64,000 nucleotides of DNA from assembly GCF_009914755.1 (NCBI RefSeq), contig NC_060930.1; one strand, 5' to 3'. The translations under genes were made by a program, and so were the position numbers. Shown here one piece after another: positions 14,438 through 30,845 of the stretch. The notes below the pieces were generated by a model. The model was not told the DNA's origin. It was given only the letters and a program-made list of their open reading frames with translations, and made no database searches. Numbering within the stretch: the first letter of the stretch is position 1; each line of letters opens with the position of its first letter. This DNA comes from the human T2T-CHM13v2.0 reference genome, Homo sapiens.

Positions 14438-14732
14438 CAAGATGTGGCTTTATAAGCTTTTTAAATAACAAAAGTGGCATTCTGCTCTCATTCTGTCTGA
14501 CTCCTATATCTAACCCTAATCAGCCTCTGAACTCAGACAAGGGCAATGAGTGCTATTTATACCTATGCCAGCACCCTCAGACCCACTAAGTGCAGCCACA
14601 TGGGGCTTTCGCTCTTGCAGGTGGTTGATAGTAGCTTTTCCATTTACTATGTTTCTCAGCAACATCTAAATTTAGAGGCTAGCTAGTTGAGTCCTAGGCT
14701 GACTACAGAGTCTTGGTGCAGTTCTAGTCATA

Positions 14733-14808
14733 TTAAGTTGGTGCAAAAGTAATTGCGGTTTTTGTCACTGCAGTGGCAAAACCTGCAATTACTTTTGCAC
14801 CAAACTAA
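14733..14808. mobile_element. MADE1 (Hsmar1-derived MITE), palindromic
   Basis: TTAAGTTGGTGCAAAAGTAATTGCGGTTTTTG...CAAAACCTGCAATTACTTTTGCACCAAACTAA, preceded by TA. Confidence 0.95.
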
Positions 14809-15341
14809 GAAATCAGCGTCAGGTCTAAGAATACAGAGCTAGAGCCATAGCTGCAAATCTCAGTCTTCATCCTGACCCATGAGTTTGCATGGTTGTTCAC
14901 AGCCAATCATCATCTCCCACAAGGCCTCAGGTTGGTTCCAAACTTCTTAATTACAAAAGAATTGGGAAAGCTTCGTTTCAGAGATCCCAGGTGTCTTTCT
15001 GCCCTCAAAGAGTAGTAGATTTTATTTTTTTAAATTAAAATGAGGTAGGAGTCATTTTCATGAGTTTGATTTAAAAACCATCAAGAAAAAGGAAAAGCGA
15101 ATAAAGTTATTTCCATTCTAAAGGCTAAGGAGGCAAGTTTTAAAATGTCCATGGCTTGAATACTATGTCATCTGAAAACAGGTGTCCATAGAAAAGAACC
15201 ACAGTGGTATGACAAATGTTCTAGCCTCTTAACTTATTAGAGTAAGTATTCCCTGACCACCTTGGCTTTTCCAAAATTGTCACATTTCTTCTTTCGTAAG
15301 ACATTGTTAGTTTTAAGGTGTCCCAATAATATCTTAGGTGA

Positions 15342-15684
15342 TCTGTTAGTCCATCTGGGCTGCTATAAAAAATACCTTAGACTGGGTAATTTATAAACAA
15401 CAGAAATGTATTGCTCAGCTCTGGAGGTTGGGAAGTCCAAGATCATGGTACCAGCAGATTTGGTGTCTGGTGAGGGCTGCTCGCTGCTTCCAAGATGGTG
15501 CATCTTGCTGCTTCCTCACATGGCGGGAGGGGCAGGAGCATGCCCTCCAACCTCACTTAGAAGGTGTTATTCCCACTCATGAGGGTGGAGCCCTCATGAC
15601 TTAATCATCTTTTAATACTATCACATTGGGTATTAGGTTCTAACACATGAAATTTGAGGGGACACCATCATTCAGCCCATAGCA
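15342..15684 (-). mobile_element. MaLR solo LTR (MLT1A/MSTC-like)
   Basis: GGGCTGCTATAA..ATACCTTAGACTGGGTAATTTATAAACAACAGAAAT...TTCAGCCCATAGCA. TSD GGTGA/GGTCA. Confidence 0.88.
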
Positions 15685-15982
15685 GGTCATGTGTTACCAA
15701 TCCATCAGTAGCTTCCTAGGCTGATCATTTTTAGATTGACATTGATAGATGTTTGCTTTCATAATTGATTAAGGGAATCAAACATAAAAAAAGAGAAATA
15801 ACAATAACAGGGCTTTTTTAGAGCTTATTTCACACAGGCAATGCCCTGAGTCTGCTAGATACATACATACATAAAATGTCCTGCATTAGAGAAGACTTGC
15901 AGAGCCATTAGAAGAAGCACAGAGAAGCATCTAAGACCTTTTATTACTTGGTTAACATTTTAAAATATTTTCTATAGTTTCT

Positions 15983-16205
15983 GTGCAGTGATTACAAACA
16001 CAGGCTCTAGAGTCAAACTTTGGTTCTCCCATGCATTTGCTACATGATTTGAGGGAAGTTACTTAAATTCTCTTTACCTCAGTTTAGGACAATTATTGGG
16101 GTAATAATATTACTTATCTAAAAGTTGTAAGGATTGAATTAGTTAATATATATAAAGCATTTATCATAATACCAGACACACAGAAAGCATTACATAAATG
16201 TTATG
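15983..16205 (+). mobile_element. MIR
   Basis: GGCTCTAGAGTCA...AAGTTACTTAAATTCTCT..CCTCAGTTT...GTTGTAAGGATTGAATTAGTTAATATATATAAAGCATTTA. Confidence 0.8.
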
Positions 16206-17779
16206 AATTAAACAAATGATAGATATAGATAAGAAAGAAAAAATGTGAAAATTTCAGACTGAGTATATAACTTACTCTTATTCCTATAAGTAATAAACTA
16301 ATATTTATAGAGCAGGTTTTGGCCTGTGTGAGCATTATTATTCTGGAGGGAGAAATTAATTATTTCAAGGCTAAAAAACATATCTGATTTCATGTTGGAG
16401 TGAAACTGCATTTATTTAAAAGTCCCAAAATAAATTTACCCTCATAGACATGTCAAATTTAAAATTTCTCCTTAACTGGATTATATCAGAGACAGCAATG
16501 TTAAGCCACACACATTCTAGATTTTTTTAAGTGAGGCTTATCTGTTTTAAATAACTCAGTCTGCAAAACACTGCTACAAATTTTATACTAATGACATATT
16601 GGAACATTAATAACTTGCCTAGGACAGCTCTTGAAACAACATAAAAATACTTTTCAGATAGCTGTTGGCACTTCTATTTCCAAACTCTTGAACCATTAAG
16701 AAAAAGAAAATGGCAACAAAGAAAAAGCAACAAAGTCCAGCAGATAAACATATTAGGACTTATTCACATGAATACACTTTGAATTTGGCTAGGAACCAGA
16801 TCTCTTAATGTCCGGTCTCTGTCCATGTAAACAGAAGATGTGCCACTTGACCCAGCTCTCTGTCCACATCAGCTCATCCCCAGAGGCAAGTGCGCTTGGA
16901 GACTGAAGAGTGACAAAAGGGAAGGAGGCTCAGTTTCGGTTTCCTGTGGAACTCAATGAACTAGTGTTGAGCTTTATTTTATGGAAAATGGGGCAACAGA
17001 AAACAGGGAATGAGTTATTTTTAAAGAGATTTTTAAAGACACATAGGGATGTTAGGAGTCTCTTGGGCAAGGTGACAAAGTACAACCTAGAATGAGAAAA
17101 AAGGAAAACTCTCCCAATGTCTCTTCAGTGAGAAAGAAAAGGTGCTGTAATAATTTAAAATGAATGACTAACTCAATGGCAAGGGACAGAAACCCAACTT
17201 GCACTAGTTTAGCAGAAAGGCATTTTATTATATGGTTATTAGAATGTCTAAAGGAGCTAAAGAAAAAAAAAACAGATTTGGGGGTTTGGGGAAAACCAGA
17301 GCCATAGATGCAAGAATCACCAGTACTTCCTTTCAGTTTCATCACCTGGGTCTATTCACTGATAGGTGTTCTCCTTACACTTCTTTCTCTTTGGAAACCA
17401 TGTGTCTCCAGTCCTGTAATCCACATGGGCAGAGAAAACAAAATGAGCAAGCAAAACAAACAGCAACAAAAAGCTGGGATCTCTTCAGCTATCAGGTTTC
17501 ACCTTTGGCCTCTGCTTCTCTGTTTCAGTTTCAAAATTTGGCCCAACTGGGGCCAGGTGTCAGTGATAGCTGCCCCCATGGTTAACTGTGTGTGGCGAAT
17601 GGAAGTTTCCCAGAAAAGCAGTAGGCTGAAAGGCAAGCTATGAAGGACAGGAACAAATCCTTTCCTAAAATAAATTAGGATGTCCCCCATAGAGTAAATC
17701 TGTAACCACAGGGCTTCCCTTATGCAAGTTTTCAGTTTTAATTTATGCTGTCTATGTGATTTAAATATAACCAACTAGA

Positions 17780-18420
17780 GAAACTAACAAAGAAATATGG
17801 TGTTGCCTAGTAATATTCCTGGAGCACCTACAGAAGCAAACCTAGAGCTCCTTGGATGGCCACATTCTCAGGTAAAGTCACATGCAATCCTTAAGGATAA
17901 ATAAACTCTGCTGAAGATCATCTCTCCATGAATTAGAATTAGTTGACAATAAACAGCAGAAACAAAGTACTAAGAACTTTAGACAATGTAACTGTAATAT
18001 GCAGTCTTTAACTAAATTTTGTTTTATTATTAGAAACATGGTAAAAGAAAAAGACATTAGTTATAATAGAAATACAAGTGAAGTCATTGATGATAAACAT
18101 TTAATTCATGGGTGAAGACCTGCTAAGAAATAGCTGAAGAGAGAATTAGTGAATTGGAAAACTGATATAAAGAAATCATCCAGAGTGTAACTCATAGAGT
18201 TGAGAGGATGGAAAATGTGCAAGAGAGTTCAGATGACAGACTAATCCCGATATTCATTTAGTAAGAGTTCTACAATTAAAAAAAAACAGTGAGAAAAGAT
18301 AAAGGGGAATAATAATGAGAATTACCCATAATTAAGAAAAAATAAATCATTATTAAGGAAGAGCAAAATGAGTTCCAGGAATGATAAAAATAAATCCAGA
18401 CCTAAATTATTAGCAAATCT
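17780..18420 (+). mobile_element. Very old L1/HAL1 ORF1-region fragment
   Basis: TAGCTGAAGAGAGAATTAGTGAATTGGAA and an A-rich composition typical of ORF1; heavily diverged. Confidence 0.5.
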
Positions 18421-18818
18421 CTCATATAGGACATGCAATAATCTTTCTAAATCAATGGGGCTTCATTCTGAATCTATACCACATGGCAGTCAGCTCTTGA
18501 TAAAGTGCCCATCCCATTCACAGAAATTCGGTTTCAGTTAGTGTTCAGTGAGGTACAACAAGTGTAGAGAAGAGCCCCCAGTGACTCTGAGGTCTAGCAA
18601 GAATCAAGGCACACTTTTTAATATATTACTCCTTTCTCCACTTTAAACCTTACTGTCAGTTGTTGGCCATTAACTTTGTCATGGTGTCCTTCATTGAAAA
18701 TAATTCTGTAACTACATTACATTTTTTTGTCACATTTTATGCTTTTCAAGTTTTATTTAAAAAGTTTTTCCCAAGCACAGGGTTTACAAAAATATTATCC
18801 TATATTTTCTTCTACTTA

Positions 18819-19121
18819 TTTATTGATTGATTCATTTTGAAACGCAGTTTTGCTCTTTCACCCAGGTGGAGTGCAGTGGCGCAATCCTGGCTCACTGCAA
18901 CCTCCACCCTCCCTGGATTCAAGCAATTCTCCTGCCTCAGCCTCCCAAGTAGTGGGGATTACAGGCACCTCCCACCATACCTGGCTAATTTTTGTATTTT
19001 TAGTAGAGACGGGTTTTTGCCATGTTGGCCAGGCTGATCTCAAACTCCTGACCTCAGGTGATCCACCCGCCTCAGCCTCCCAACGTGCCAGGATTATAGG
19101 TATGAGCCACTGCATCTGGCC
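18819..19121 (-). mobile_element. AluSx-like
   Basis: Complete antisense Alu. The TSD TCTTCTACTTA lies at 18808-18818 and 19122-19132. Confidence 0.96.
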
Positions 19122-19645
19122 TCTTCTACTTACTTATAGTTTTACCTTTCAATTGAGATATTTAAATCATATATTTAAATAGAAATCGTTTTATTTTTCA
19201 CAATGGAGAGAGCCAGTTTTTCTCTAAACATTGTACCAAATAACCCATCTTTTCCCCATTATTTTGTGCTTCCATATTTAATATGTATCAAGCCTGAAAA
19301 TATACATGGGTCTCCCTCTGAATTCTCTGGCTTAATTGCACTTCCCTCTCTACATTCTTCTGGCTTAATTGCAGTTCTTGAGCCACTGCTCCATTTTTTT
19401 TATTTCTGTGTCTTTGAAAGCATTTTTTTAATTCTCTAATAGGGAAAATATAAAGTTGACTTTATCTTTTATGGACCATTCTTCTCCTACATATTTTTTT
19501 GGAATAACTTTACTGAGTTCTACTGGAATTTTGATAGAGATTGCAGTGCATTTATACATTAATGGAGAATTGACATTTTTATAACATTAAGTTGTAACTT
19601 AAGCTATGGAATTATATGGAATGTTACTTAGATCTTCTATGCAGC

Positions 19646-20234
19646 TGTTGGGAGAAAAGCTGAGTGTTGGGAGAGAAGCTGAGGCAGGGCTTGCATGTCT
19701 GACATAATGTAAAAGAGTCTTGGAACATGTCCAGGGTCCAGGGTCTCAAACCCCTTGTGGCCTTTGGAACACCAAGCTCTGTGCTAAAGGGTGGAAGGCT
19801 ACCCTGATGCACCATAATCTAAGCCCAGGGCATAAAACCCCTCGTGGCTTGGATAGAATCCAGGGCTTGTGGCTCTTGAATGTGTCTAGACTTGCTGGCT
19901 CCTTGCTCCTTGCTCTCCCAGGGTCGATTGTGTCTTGAGTTAAAAGAACCTGCTCTCCATTATCTCAAGTAGCAGAGCATATGCTAAACCATCACAGCTG
20001 TAAATCATGTGCTTAATGCAATGCTCCCTTTCAACCCCACATTCTCACCACCTGTTTCTTTGTTTGATCACCAATAAATAGTCTGGGCTTCCAGAGCTCA
20101 GGGCCTTTGCAGCCTTCATACTCGTGTTGGCCCCCTGGACCCACTTTCTCTCTTAAACTGTCTTTTCTCATTCCTTTGACTCCACCATGCTTCGTCACCC
20201 CCATGACCTGGTGTTGGGTCTGATCACCCCAACA
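19646..20234 (+). mobile_element. Solo LTR14 (LTR14B/C-like; HERV-K14 group)
   Basis: Termini TGTTGGG...CCCAACA. The start TGTTGGGAGAAAAGCTGAGTGTTGGGAGAGAAGCTGAGGCAGGGC matches recalled LTR14. CATAAAA box, AATAAA at ~20073, flanks GCAGC/GCAGT. Confidence 0.82.
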
Positions 20235-20929
20235 GCAGTTTATTAGAGATTTAAAATTTTCCCCATGGCTATTTTTTTTTAGTTAAGTTCCTAGACACTT
20301 TCAAGTATGAGTTGCCATTATAAAGGAAATCTTATTTTTAAGTTTACTTAGTTATTGTTAGTGTAATTATTGTTGTAACTAGATACTGCATGCAGTGACC
20401 TTGTTGAATTATGTTAGTTATAATAGCATAATAATTCTGTTGGTCTTTCAAGCTAAATTAATCAAATCATCTGCAAATAATGAGAGTTTTATCTCTACCA
20501 GTCATCACTCTTGTTTGTCTTTGTTATACTGGATAGGATCTCCAGTATTGTGTCAAAAGGAGTTGTAAAAGTGACATTTGTGTCTTTAACTAAACAGATT
20601 CAGATCAAGAATCTCCTTTTTATTCCTACTTTGCTAGATTTCATTTTAAATCCTAAATAGTAACAAAACCAAATGCTTCTTCAGGATCTACTGAGATAAG
20701 AAAGTATCTTCTCCTTACTGTATCAAAGTAGTGAATCAAGTCATTAGATTTTCTGATGCTTAGCTGACCTTGAGTTTGGAGTAAACCCTACTTAGTCAAG
20801 ATGCATTTTAAGAGCACAGTTGAATTCAGTTGGCTCTTCTTTTATTAGGATTTACATAATTTTGTTCATAACTGAAATGGGCCCATAATTGCCTTTTTGC
20901 ATTATATTAGCTGGTGTTCAAATAAAACG

Positions 20930-21900
<971 letters not shown>

Positions 21901-22249
21901 CTACCACATGTTGGACAAAGTAATGCAGATAATGGAAGTTGGCAAAAGATTATTCAAAAGAAATTATGTCAAAAATTCTTATTGAGTAATAAAATACGAT
22001 TTTTGCATTTTAAGCCATGTAAAAGATGGCACTAATAAAATAATGTTGCTTGTACCTCAGGTTAAGTCGGGTGTACATGTACAGTAATACTTTATTATGA
22101 AGAATTATAAGCCTATATCATAAACTAATTTTTAAAACTCTAGATGTTTAAATGCCCAAAGAAAAAAAAAAGATGGCTTTTCTTTATAACATCACACACC
22201 TTATGTGCCACAACAAAGCAATCTTAAAAAGCAATGATTAAAAATCAGA

Positions 22250-22982
22250 TGGAGCTACAGTAACTAAAACAACATGGTACTGGTAAAATCAACAACAACA
22301 ACAATAAAACAGACACATAGACCAATACAACTCAATGGAAAACTCAGAAAGAAAGCCACACATCAAAAACCATCTGATTTTCGACAAGGCTGACAAAAAC
22401 AAGCAATGAGGAAAGGACTCCCTATTCAATAAATGGTGTTGGAATAACTGGCTAGCCATATGCAGAATATGGAAGCTGGACTCCTTTCACCATATATGTA
22501 AATTAATTCAAAATGGACTAAAGATTTAAACGTAAGACTGTAAACTATTAAAATCCTGAAAGACAACCTAGGAAATACTCTTCTTAACTTTGTCCTTGGC
22601 AAATAATTTTTGGCTAAGTCCCCTAAAGCAATTGCAACAAAAGCAAAAATTGACAAATGGGACCTAATGAAATGAAATAGCTTCTGTACAGCAAAAGAAA
22701 CTCTCAACAAAGCAAAAAGACAATCTTTTGCCAGATGAAAACTATGCATCTGACAGAGCCTAATACCCAGAATCTATAGGAAACTTCAAGAAGCAAAAAC
22801 AACCTCATTGAAAAATGGGCAAAGGGCATGAATAGACACATCTCAAAAGAAGACATACAAGTGGCCAACAAACAAATGAAAGAAATGTTCATTATCAGAA
22901 ATCATCAGGGAAATGTAAATCAAAACTACAATGAGATACCATCTCATACCAATCAGAATGGCTATTAAAAAGCCAAAAAACA
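22250..22982 (+). mobile_element. L1PB-like ORF2 3' fragment (left part of the host element; continues at 29768-29947)
   Basis: GACAAAAACAAGCAATG.GGAAAGGACTCCCTATTCAATAAATGGTG...ATGAGATACCATCTCATACC. It breaks at AAAAAGCCAAAAAACA. Confidence 0.85.
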
Positions 22983-22984
22983 GA

Positions 22985-23117
22985 AAACTGACTTTAAACC
23001 AATAAAAATCACAAAAGACAAAGAAGGACATTAAATTATGGTAAAGGGTTCAATTTAACAAGAAAAACTTAACTGTCCTAAACATATATGCACTCCAGAC
23101 AGGAGCATCCAGATTCT
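22985..23117 (+). mobile_element. 5' end of a truncated L1PA (EN-domain sequence; continues at 26127)
   Basis: GACTTTAAACCAA...AAAGACAAAGAAGGACATTA...GGAGCATCCAGATTC. The next consensus bases (A.AAAGCAAGTTCTTAGAGACCT) appear at ~26127. Confidence 0.8.
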
Positions 23118-23462
23118 AATGATTTAGGCATCTAGATTTTATATGGTGACAGTCAAACAAAATGTGTTTATGATATAAAAATGAATGAAACAAACAAAAT
23201 CCAATTTAATGAGTTATTATTTCTCATTTTGAACCATGTATCTAAAATGATATGTGCACATTAGCTGCTTTATAACTACTTATCAGCATTCTGTCAATCA
23301 TGAAGTCATTTCTTTTAACTTTTATTTTAACTTCAGGTTACAAGTGCAGGTTTGTTACATAGGTTAACTTGTGTTATGGGAGTTTGTTGTAGAGATTATT
23401 TCATCACCCAGGTATTAACCCTAGTACCCATTAGTTATTTTTCCTGATTCTCTCCCTCCTTC

Positions 23463-25547
23463 TGAGAGGTGACAATGTGCTAGCAGCCCTCGCTTGCTCT
23501 CGGCACCTCCTCGGCTTCGGCATCCACTCTGGCCACACTTGAGGAGCCCTTCAGCCAGCCACTGCACTGTGGGAGCCCCTCTCTGGGCTGGCCAAGGCCA
23601 GAGCCGGCTCCCTCTGCTTGCGGGGAGGTGTGGAGGGAGAGGCGTGGGCAGGAACCAGGGCTGTGCATGGCGCTCGCGGGCCAGCGTGAGTTCCAGGTGG
23701 ATGCGGGCTCAGCGGGTCCCACACTTGGAGCAGCCAGCCGGTGCCACCGGCCCCAGGCAGTGAGGGGCTTAGCACCTGGGCCAGCACCTGTGGAAGGTGC
23801 GCCAGGTCCCCTAGCACTGCCAGCCTGCCCGTGCCATGCTCGAATTCTCGCCAGGCTTCAGCCGCCTCCCCGCGGGGCAGGGCTCGGGACCTGCAGCCTG
23901 ACATGCCCGAGCCCCACCCCTGCCACTCCCGTGAGCTCCCACGTGGCCCGAGCCTCCCTGACGGGCACCACCCCCTGCTCTGCAGCACCCGGTCCTGTCG
24001 ACTGCCCAAGGGGTTAGGTATGCAGGCGTGCAGCGTGGGACTGGTGGTCAGCTCTGCCTAAGGCCCCAGAGCGGGATCCACTAGGCGAAGCCAGCTGGGC
24101 TCCTGAGTCGGGTGGGGTCTTGGAGAACTTTTATGTCTAGCTGGAGGATTTTATATGCACCAATCAGCACTCTGTGTCTAGCTTGGGTTTGTGGATGCAC
24201 CAATCAGCACTCTGTGTCTAGCTGATCTGGTGGGGACTTGGAGAACTTTTATGTCTAGCTAGAGGATTGTAAATGCACCAATCAGCACCCTGTGTCTAAC
24301 TCAAGGTTTGTAAACACACCAATCAGTGCTCTGTGTCTAGCTAATCTAATGGGGACTTGGAGAACTTTTGTGTCTAGCTAAAGGATTGTAAATGCACCAA
24401 TCAGCACTTTGTGTCTAGCTCAAGGTTTGTAAATGCACCAATCAGCACTCTGTGTCTAGCTAAAAGTTTGTAAACGCACCAATCAGTGCTCTGTGTCTAG
24501 CTAATTTGGTGGGGACTTGGAGAACTTTTATGTCTAGCTAGAGGATTGTAAATGCACCAATCAGCACTCTGTGTCTAGCTCACAGATTGCAAATGCACCA
24601 ATCAGCACTCTGTCTAGCTAAATGTTTATGGATGCATCAATCAGCACTCTGTATCTAGCTAATCTGGTAGTGACTTGGAGAACTTTTATATCTAGCTAGA
24701 GGATTGTAAATGTACCAATCAGCACTCTGTGTCTAGCTAAAGGTTTGTAAACGCACCAATCAGTGCTCTGTGTCTAGCTAATCTAGTGGGGACTTGGAAA
24801 ACTTTTATGTCTAGCCAGAGGATTGTAAATGCACCAATCAGCACTCTGTGTCTAGCTCAGGGATTGTAAATGCACCAATCAGCACCCTGTCAAAATGGAC
24901 CAATCAGCTCTCTGTAAAACAGACCAATCAGCGCTCTGTAAAATGGACCAATCAGCTCTCTGTAAAATGGACCAATCGGCAGGATGTGGGTGGGGTCAGC
25001 TAAGAGAATAAAAGCAGGCTGCCCAAGCCAACAGCAGCAACCTGCTCGGGTTCCCTTCCACGCTGTGGAAACCTTGTTCTTTCACTCTTCGCAATAAATC
25101 TTGCTGCTGCTCACTCTTCGGGTTCGTGGCGCCTTTATGAGCTGTAGCACTCACCGCAAAAGTCTGCAGCTTCACTCCTGAGGCCAGTGAGACCATGAAC
25201 CAACTAGAAGGAACGAACAACTCCAGACGCACTGCCTTTATGAGCTGTAACACTCACCGCAAAGGTCTGCAGCTTCACTTCTGAAGCCAGTGAAACCACG
25301 AACCCACTGGGAGAGATGAACAACTCCAGACGGGAGGAATGAACAACTCCAGACGTGCCTCCTTAAAGAACTGTAACACTCACCGCAAAGGTCTGCACCT
25401 TCACTCCTGAAGCCAGTGAGACCACGAACCCACCAGAAAGAAGAAACTCCAGACACACCATCTTTAAAAACTGTAACACTCACTGTGAGGGTCCGCGGCT
25501 TCATTCTTGAAGTCAGGCAGACCAAGAACACACCAATTCCGGACACA
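23463..25547 (+). mobile_element. Solo LTR12 (ERV9 LTR; LTR12C/D/E-type), 2085 bp
   Basis: Starts TGAGAGGTGACAATGTGCTAGCAGCCCTCG and ends CCAATTCCGGACACA. It has a GC-rich 5' U3, tandem U3 repeats, and U5 repeats (GCTGTAACACTCACCGCAAAGGTCTGCAGCTTCAC). Confidence 0.95.
24120..25015 (+). promoter_or_regulatory. LTR12 U3 enhancer/promoter array: 17 intact CCAATC (NF-Y) boxes plus a TATA-like AGAATAAAAG
   Basis: Manual count of CCAATC in the ~41-bp U3 repeats and ~24-bp proximal repeats. The TATA-like box is at ~25004-25013. Confidence 0.8.
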
Positions 25548-26126
25548 TTTTCACCCCCTACTGTTGAGTACATCCCAGTGTCTGTTGTTTCCCTCTATGT
25601 GCCATGAGTTCTCATCATTTAGCTCCCACTAATAAGAATATGCAGTGTTCGGTTTTCTGTTCCTGCATCAGTTTGCTAAGGATAGTGGCCTCCAGCTTGA
25701 CCCATGTCCCTGCAAAGGACATGATCTTATCTTTTTTTATGGTTACATAGTATTCTATGGTGTATATGTACCACATTTTCTTTACCCAGTCTATTGCCGG
25801 TATGCATTTATGTTGATTCCATGTCTTTGCTATTGTGAGTAGTGCTGCAATGAACATACATGTGCATGAGTCTCTATAATAGAATAATTTATATTCCTTT
25901 GGGTATATACCAAGTAATGGGATTGCTAGGTTGAATGGTAATTCCCTCTTTAGGTCTTTGAGGAATCACCACACTGTCTTCCACAATGGTTGAACTAATT
26001 TTATGCTCCACAACTTCAACAACATCTGTATTTTTTGACTTTTAATAATTGACATTCTGACTGGTATGAGATGGTATCTCATTATGGCTTTGATTTGCAT
26101 TTCTCTTATAATCAGTGATGCTGAGC

Positions 26127-29752
<3,626 letters not shown>

Positions 29753-29767
29753 TTTTTTTTTTTTGTA

Positions 29768-30388
<621 letters not shown>

Positions 30389-30609
30389 AGAAGGCAAGTT
30401 TTTAAAGCTGTCCTTTTCCTCGATGTTTTCACAGGCACTGAGACCAGTTTCTTTATTCATTGACAGCCATCTTCCAAGTTTGCAAAAGGAGGAGTAAATC
30501 ACATCTAACTCTAAAAATAGTGACTTTTCTCTACAATCCAAATTCTTGAGAACCTTCATGCTTTCATTATTCCCTAAGCAAGTCCTGGTGCCCATGGGTA
30601 CTGGAGGGC

Positions 30610-30845
30610 AGCACAGCAATTCTGAGCAGACCGGACTGGGTCCAGCAGCCTGGATTTGAATCCTGGCAGTGCCATTCACCAGCCATGTCATCTAAGGAAA
30701 GTTACGGAGTCTCACCCACCTCAGCTCCTTTATCTATGAAATGGGGCCAATAACAGCATCCTCTTCGGAGGGTTCATGTGAGGACTGAATCAGTTAATAT
30801 AAATAATTGTAGCAATACTTGACATACAGCGAATACCATTATTTT
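30610..30845 (+). mobile_element. MIR
   Basis: CCTGGATTTGAATCCTGGC...CCTCAGCTCCTTTATCTATGAAATGGGG..AATAACAGCA...GTGAGGACTGAAT. Confidence 0.8.

Larger units (their letters stand above)
18650..20900 (-). mobile_element. Very old antisense L1M fragments, interrupted by an Alu and LTR14
   Basis: T-rich antisense L1 motifs: TGGAATTTTGATAGAGATTGCA.TG, GGAGAATTGACATTTTTATAA, AATCATCTGCAAATAATGAGAGTTT. Confidence 0.55.
23312..26126 (-). mobile_element. Antisense L1PA13-16-like 3' fragment (23312-23462 and 25548-26126) split by LTR12
   Basis: TTTTAACTTTTATTTTAA.TTCAGG...GTGCAGGTTTGTTACATAGG. ORF 25615-25857 translates to [15 protein letters not shown]...SFAGTWVKLEATILSKL (ORF2 C-terminus). Confidence 0.88.

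Noticed and set aside
18837-19182. Alu-derived ORFs (also 2137-2511, 5825-6019, 8274-8642, 29947-30297, 48363-48635)
   Set aside because: These are classic Alu translation artefacts.
23480-24061. Cluster of overlapping GC-rich ORFs
   Set aside because: They lie within the GC-rich LTR12 U3, where stop codons are scarce.
24120-24980. Regularly spaced repeats as a CRISPR-like array
   Set aside because: These are LTR12 U3 tandem repeats, with no unique spacers, no cas genes and a eukaryotic context.
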